IMG/VR virus record: IMGVR_UViG_3300032116_000210
Coordinates: 1-59,867 of that record
DNA length: 59,867 bases
Origin: a virus
Taxonomy: Duplodnaviria > Caudoviricetes
Reading direction: 5' to 3' (one strand)
Shown here: positions 55,481 to 59,867 of the stretch, one piece after another
How the letters are laid out: each line of letters opens with the position of its first letter
Numbering within the stretch: position 1 is the first letter of the stretch
Notes under the pieces: model-generated
Database searches by the model: none
What the model was told of the DNA's origin: nothing
Seen by the model: the letters and a program-made list of their open reading frames with translations, nothing else
Translations under genes and position numbers: made by a program

Positions 55481-57839
55481 TTATGTGAGCTTTGAAATGA
55501 AACGATTCGGCGCCGATGGCCCATCGTTGCACCGGGCCGGATGGGAAGTCATCCCAATCAAGGAGAAGACCAAGCGCCCGATCGTCAAGGATTGGCAGCA
55601 CGGCTTTACTGACCAGCAGATTGAGCAGTTCGCCCGCAACGGCTACGCCCGCGGGTCGATTGGCATGCTCGCCCGGCGCTTCCCCGGGGTCGACATTGAC
55701 GTGTCGGACAAGGCCTGCGCAGACGCGCTCGAGGCCGCCGTTCTGCGCGTGCTCGGGCCAGCCCCGATCAGGTACGGCAGCGCACCGAAGCGCCTGCTGA
55801 TGTACCGCACCGACGAGCCCTTTACCAAGGTCAAGGTCTTCCTGCAGGCGCCCGACGGGAGCACGAAGGGCGCCGACGGGAAGGACTACGCCGTGGAGTT
55901 TCTCGGCGACGGGCAGCAGTACGTCATCTATGGCGAGCACCCGGACGGGTTCGAGTACCGGTGGCCAGGCAATGACGGGCCGGGTGAGGTCGACGTGTGG
56001 GAGCTCACCGATCTGACGCTGGGCGGGGTGACCGGGTTCGTCGAGGCGATCGCGGAGTATCTGCCCGAAGGCTGGTCGGTGCGCCAACAGACTACCGGTA
56101 GCGCAGCCACGGTGACGGTCTCCGGCGATGCGTTTGAGAACTACCGCCCGCCGCTTGAGGACTGGGACGCAGACCGGATCAGGGCAGACATTGCCCCGCA
56201 CCTGGACCTGGGCATGGAGTACGACGATTGGATACGCGTCGGCCAGGCCTTGCATCACCAGTTCGGCGGAGCCGATGAGGGGTTCGAGCTGTGGGACGAG
56301 ATGTTCCAGGACTCGCCCAAGTACGGCGGCCGGGACTATGGCTTTGACCGTTGGCGGTCTTTCAAGACGAACCGTGGCAGCCAGCACGTCGTCACGCTGG
56401 CCAGCCTGATCAAGCAGACCAAGCCTGTACGGCAACTGGCCGTACAAAAGGAGCGCCAGGACGCGGTCGACGATCTCATTTTTGAGATAGAGCTGACCAT
56501 GCGGCCGCAGGACCTGCAGGAGCAGGTGGCGGCCAAGGTGGCACACAACGCCGACCTTTCTGACATTGACCGCGAGACCATCGCCGCGGCCATCCAGGGG
56601 CGGGCCAAGGAGCTCGGCATATCCATGCCCATCGGCACGGTGCGCGGCTGGTGCCGCCCCAGGGTGCGTTCGGACTGGCCACACGTGAACGAGGACGGCA
56701 ACCCGCTGTGCACTCTTGAGAACCTGCGCATCCTTCTGGCCAGGCTTGGGTACACGGTCCGATACAACGTCATCAAGAAGTCGATCGAGATCCTCATCCC
56801 CGGCGCAGCGTTTACCAGGGACAACCGGGACAACGCCGCCATCGCGCACGTCTACAGCGAGTGCGAGATCGTGCGCATGCCTACCAAGCACGTGGCGCAG
56901 TACCTCATCACGATCGCCGATGAGAATCAGTACAACCCGGTGCTGACCTGGATCGAGTCGAAGAAGTGGGACGGCGTGTCGCGGTTGGCCGCCTTCTGCG
57001 ACACGGTGCGGTCTGAGTCGCCGATGAAGGACCGATTGATCAGGAAGTGGCTCATCCAGTGCGTGGCCGCGGCCGCTTCGCCCGATGGCATCGCGAACCA
57101 GGGGATATTGACCTTCGTCGGTCCGCAGAACATCGGAAAGACGACCTGGTTCCAGCGGCTGGCGCCGGCCGAGCTCGATGCGATCTTCACCGGCCTGACC
57201 CTGGACCTGAAGTCCAAGGACTCGATCTTTGTGGGCGTGTCGCATTGGATCGTGGAGCTGGGCGAGGTCGACGCGACGATGCGGAAGTCAGACATCAGCG
57301 CGCTGAAGTCATTCATCACCCAGCCCATGGACAAGATCCGCCGCCCCTACGCGGCCACGGAATCCCAGTTTGGGCGCCGGACGGCGTTTGGTGCCAGCGT
57401 TAATGACGAGGTTTACCTGCACGACCCGACGGGGAACCGCCGCTTCTGGTCGATCCTGGTCGAGGGCTTTGCCTTGGACCACGAGGTCGACATGCAGCAG
57501 CTGTGGGCCGAGGTGCTGCACCTGTGGCGGGCCGGGGAGCGGTGGTTCCTGTCGAAGGAAGAGGTCGGCGAGCTGAACGCACACAACGAGGACTTCACGG
57601 TGGTCGACCCGGTGGAGGAGCGACTTGCGAGTGGGTTCGGGTGGGGCCCGGAGGTGGCGAGTTGGGAATGGGTGACGGCGACCGAGGCGCTGGTCCGGGT
57701 AGGGGTGAAAGACCCTTCGCGGGCAGCGACGATCACGGCGGGCAGGGCATTACGAAAATTGAACGGCGGGCAGAGAAGAAAGAGCAATGGGAAGGTGCTG
57801 CTCGCTGTGCCAGGGGATTTTGAAGATTTTCTAGGGTAA
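55467..57839 (+). CDS. Primase-polymerase / PriCT-2 / VapE-type helicase fusion
   Basis: N-terminal VIPIK..KRP..W, G.DID, Q.VIYG.HP. PriCT-like YDDWIRVGQALH. Walker A GPQNIGKT, ELGE, RRPY and TGNRRFW. The start could be GTG 55467 or 55485, or ATG 55497. Confidence 0.92.
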   Translation: MKKGTYVSFEMKRFGADGPSLHRAGWEVIPIKEKTKRPIVKDWQHGFTDQQIEQFARNGYARGSIGMLARRFPGVDIDVSDKACADALEAAVLRVLGPAPIRYGSAPKRLLMYRTDEPFTKVKVFLQAPDGSTKGADGKDYAVEFLGDGQQYVIYGEHPDGFEYRWPGNDGPGEVDVWELTDLTLGGVTGFVEAIAEYLPEGWSVRQQTTGSAATVTVSGDAFENYRPPLEDWDADRIRADIAPHLDLGMEYDDWIRVGQALHHQFGGADEGFELWDEMFQDSPKYGGRDYGFDRWRSFKTNRGSQHVVTLASLIKQTKPVRQLAVQKERQDAVDDLIFEIELTMRPQDLQEQVAAKVAHNADLSDIDRETIAAAIQGRAKELGISMPIGTVRGWCRPRVRSDWPHVNEDGNPLCTLENLRILLARLGYTVRYNVIKKSIEILIPGAAFTRDNRDNAAIAHVYSECEIVRMPTKHVAQYLITIADENQYNPVLTWIESKKWDGVSRLAAFCDTVRSESPMKDRLIRKWLIQCVAAAASPDGIANQGILTFVGPQNIGKTTWFQRLAPAELDAIFTGLTLDLKSKDSIFVGVSHWIVELGEVDATMRKSDISALKSFITQPMDKIRRPYAATESQFGRRTAFGASVNDEVYLHDPTGNRRFWSILVEGFALDHEVDMQQLWAEVLHLWRAGERWFLSKEEVGELNAHNEDFTVVDPVEERLASGFGWGPEVASWEWVTATEALVRVGVKDPSRAATITAGRALRKLNGGQRRKSNGKVLLAVPGDFEDFLG

Positions 57840-58090
57840 AGGGCAAAGGGAGGGGTTGTATTACCCTGACCTATTGCCCTGAGATAAGTCCTTGATTCCT
57901 CTTCCTAAAGAACCATAGGGTAATAGAGGGTAATAGATTGCTAATACATTAAGAGGAAAATGATGGGTAGAAGAGAAGAAGAGAAGAAGAGGGGAAGAAT
58001 ACATATACCCCTTTACCCAGTTATAGGTATAGAAGTTCAATGCCCTGATCACCCTATTACCCTGTCGAGGGTATTGCCCTGGGGTATTGC
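57833..58090. other. Putative replication origin with AGGGTA/TACCCT repeats
   Basis: AT- and purine-rich non-coding stretch right after the primase-helicase gene, many AGGG(T/C)A(A/T) copies in both orientations, and an IHF consensus at 57885-57897. Confidence 0.65.
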
Positions 58091-58108
58091 ACTGGTCGGG
58101 GGTGACGC

Positions 58109-58402
58109 ATGAGCGAGGCCCTGGTCGAGAAGCATTTGGTCCGTCGGGTGGAGGACCGAGGGGGCAGGGCGTTTAAGTGGATCAGCCCGGGCACTGCCGG
58201 GGTCATGGATAGGTTGGTGCTGATGCCGGTACCGCCGGAGCACCGGGCGATCGTGAACCAGTACGTGAAGCTGGTGGAGGTCAAGGACAAGAACCAGAAG
58301 ACCAGGCCGCTGCAGAACCGGGTGGCGAATTGGATCAAGGCACTTGGCTTTGAGGTGCGGGTGGTCGACAGCAAGGAGCAGATCGAGGAGGTCTTGCGTT
58401 GA
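58109..58402 (+). CDS. VRR-NUC domain nuclease
   Basis: E..VE...GG.AFKWISPG.AGV.DR...VEVK...RPLQ. Confidence 0.9.
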   Translation: MSEALVEKHLVRRVEDRGGRAFKWISPGTAGVMDRLVLMPVPPEHRAIVNQYVKLVEVKDKNQKTRPLQNRVANWIKALGFEVRVVDSKEQIEEVLR

Positions 58403-59763
58403 AGGGGCTCGCCGACTTCCGGCCCTACCAGGCGCAGGCGCTGGACTTCTGCAGGCGTACACCAAGGGGCTACCTGGCAGCAAAGGCAGGAGCAGGAAAG
58501 ACGGCTGTCGCATTGGCGTACATGGGCGAGCTGCTTTTCGATTCCTTCGAGGCGAGGCGGGTTCTGGTGGTGGCGCCGAAGCGGGTGGTGGCGCAGTGGC
58601 CCAGGGAAGCTAGGAAATGGGCTTTTGGCGGGCTTCTGAGGTTTTCCCTATACCTGGGCCCCAGGGAGGAGAGACGAGAGGCACTGGCGGCCGATACGGA
58701 GGTCTTGGTTTGTAGCTTTGAGTTCTTCCCGGAGCTGGTGAAGGAGATACGCCTGGCCGACTGGCCGTTTGACCTCGTGGTGTTCGATGAGGCGAGCCGG
58801 CTAAGGAACGGCGGCCGCCGCGGCAGCGTGACGTGGAAGGCCATGAACGCGATCAGCGCGAAGACCCAGGCCCGGATTCTGTTGATGAGCGGTTCCCCCA
58901 GACCTGGGACAGCGCACGAGCTGTATGCGCCGGTTTTTCTGTTGGACCAGGGCGCGAGGCTGGGGCGGACGCTAGGGGGCTTCCGAGCGGGTTACCTGGA
59001 GCCGGCGAAGAGCAACCGGCACACCGGGCAGGTCTACAGCTGGAAGCTGCGAGCCGGGATGGAGGCGGCGCTGTATTCCCGGGTGGCCGACCTGTACTTC
59101 GCGGTGTCGCCAGACCTTGGGTTGGAATCGGTGGTGGTTGACCGGTACGTGGGGCTGCCTGCTTCTGTGGAGCAGGCCTGCCTGGACTTACAGGCGAATC
59201 AGGTGCTGGACCTGGACGAGCTGGAGCTCACGGCACCGAGCGCGGGCACGGTATCGGGGAAGCTGCACCAGATGTGCCAGGGGGCGGTCTTCGACGACTA
59301 CGGGTCGGTGGTGGAGCTGCACGACGAGAAGCTCGAGGAGCTCGAAGAGATTCTGGAAGAGGTCGACGGGCCGGTGATGGTGGCGTACTGGTACACGCAC
59401 GACCGGGACCGCCTGCTTTCCCGGATACCGGGGGCGGTGGACATTACGACAGAGGAGGGCCTGGCCTTGGCCCAGGCGGGGCAGGCGCCGGTGGCGCTGC
59501 TGCACCCGGCTTCCGCAGGGCACGGCATCGACGGGCTGCAGGACTGGTACTCGGCGATCGTGTGGTTTGCCTTGCCTGCGTCGTTCGAGCTGTACGACCA
59601 GGCCAACAAGCGGATTGTCAGAAGCGGGCAGCGGGAGACGGTGCGGGTGTACCGGATCGTGGCGGCCAACGGGGTAGTGGACGAGCGGATCTTGCAGCGG
59701 TTGGGTGAGAAGGAGGCCGAGCAAGAGGAATTTTTCAGGCACTTGGAAAGGGCGCAGGCATGA
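58399..59763 (+). CDS. SNF2-family helicase
   Basis: RPYQ, GAGKT, LVVAP, DEAS, SG.P, HPASAGHG.D.LQ and Q...R..RSGQ motifs. Confidence 0.93.
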   Translation: MKGLADFRPYQAQALDFCRRTPRGYLAAKAGAGKTAVALAYMGELLFDSFEARRVLVVAPKRVVAQWPREARKWAFGGLLRFSLYLGPREERREALAADTEVLVCSFEFFPELVKEIRLADWPFDLVVFDEASRLRNGGRRGSVTWKAMNAISAKTQARILLMSGSPRPGTAHELYAPVFLLDQGARLGRTLGGFRAGYLEPAKSNRHTGQVYSWKLRAGMEAALYSRVADLYFAVSPDLGLESVVVDRYVGLPASVEQACLDLQANQVLDLDELELTAPSAGTVSGKLHQMCQGAVFDDYGSVVELHDEKLEELEEILEEVDGPVMVAYWYTHDRDRLLSRIPGAVDITTEEGLALAQAGQAPVALLHPASAGHGIDGLQDWYSAIVWFALPASFELYDQANKRIVRSGQRETVRVYRIVAANGVVDERILQRLGEKEAEQEEFFRHLERAQA

Positions 59764-59867
59764 CTGTGAAAGAGCGGATCTCGAGCGCGCAGAGCTCGAA
59801 GAACCTGGGCGAGGTGTCGATCGAGGACATCGGCGACATTGACGTCGTCCGGGCGTGCGGGATGGTC
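59622..59867 (+). repeat. Terminal direct repeat, copy 2
   Basis: Matches 1-246 with one mismatch. Confidence 0.97.

Larger units (their letters stand above)
1..59867. mobile_element. Complete temperate tailed phage genome (podovirus-like), circular assembly, unit length about 59,621 bp
   Basis: Terminase, portal, capsid, tail, lysis, integrase, CI/Cro and replication genes are all present. The window ends overlap. No tape-measure or tail-tube gene is evident. Confidence 0.95.

Noticed and set aside
55404-57245. 613-aa antisense ORF opposite the primase-helicase
   Set aside because: Same codon-bias shadow effect.

Overview
The window is an apparently complete, circularly assembled genome of a GC-rich temperate podovirus-like phage. 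The unit length is about 59,621 bp, because bases 1-246 recur at 59622-59867 with one mismatch. The host is probably a Proteobacterium (Burkholderiales-like), inferred from an attP core matching a tRNA-Leu 3' end. The late + strand module runs: Q-like antiterminator, P22-like terminase, a fibre/decoration cluster, portal, putative capsid cargo genes, scaffold, N4-gp56-type major capsid, tail adaptor/nozzle, tail fibre, a five-LamG-module receptor-binding protein, lysis genes, ejection proteins and a 3169-aa polyvalent protein. It is followed by attP and a tyrosine integrase, a leftward early operon (Xis, PolA, DUF2815 SSB, DUF2800 nuclease), a CI/Cro switch, Prim-Pol/VapE, a repeat-rich putative origin, VRR-NUC and an SNF2 helicase. 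The best leads are: (1) the giant protein looks like a polyprotein, with an HExxH peptidase, effector-like domains separated by [FYL]SR motifs, and an out-of-frame nested gene with its own promoter-like and RBS signals; (2) unrelated proteins share a G-L-I terminal tag; (3) a three-way-junction RNA could sequester the primase RBS; (4) the LamG cassettes look shuffled; (5) three promoter-leader-terminator late units share a motif. All family assignments come from motif recognition by eye, not database searches.
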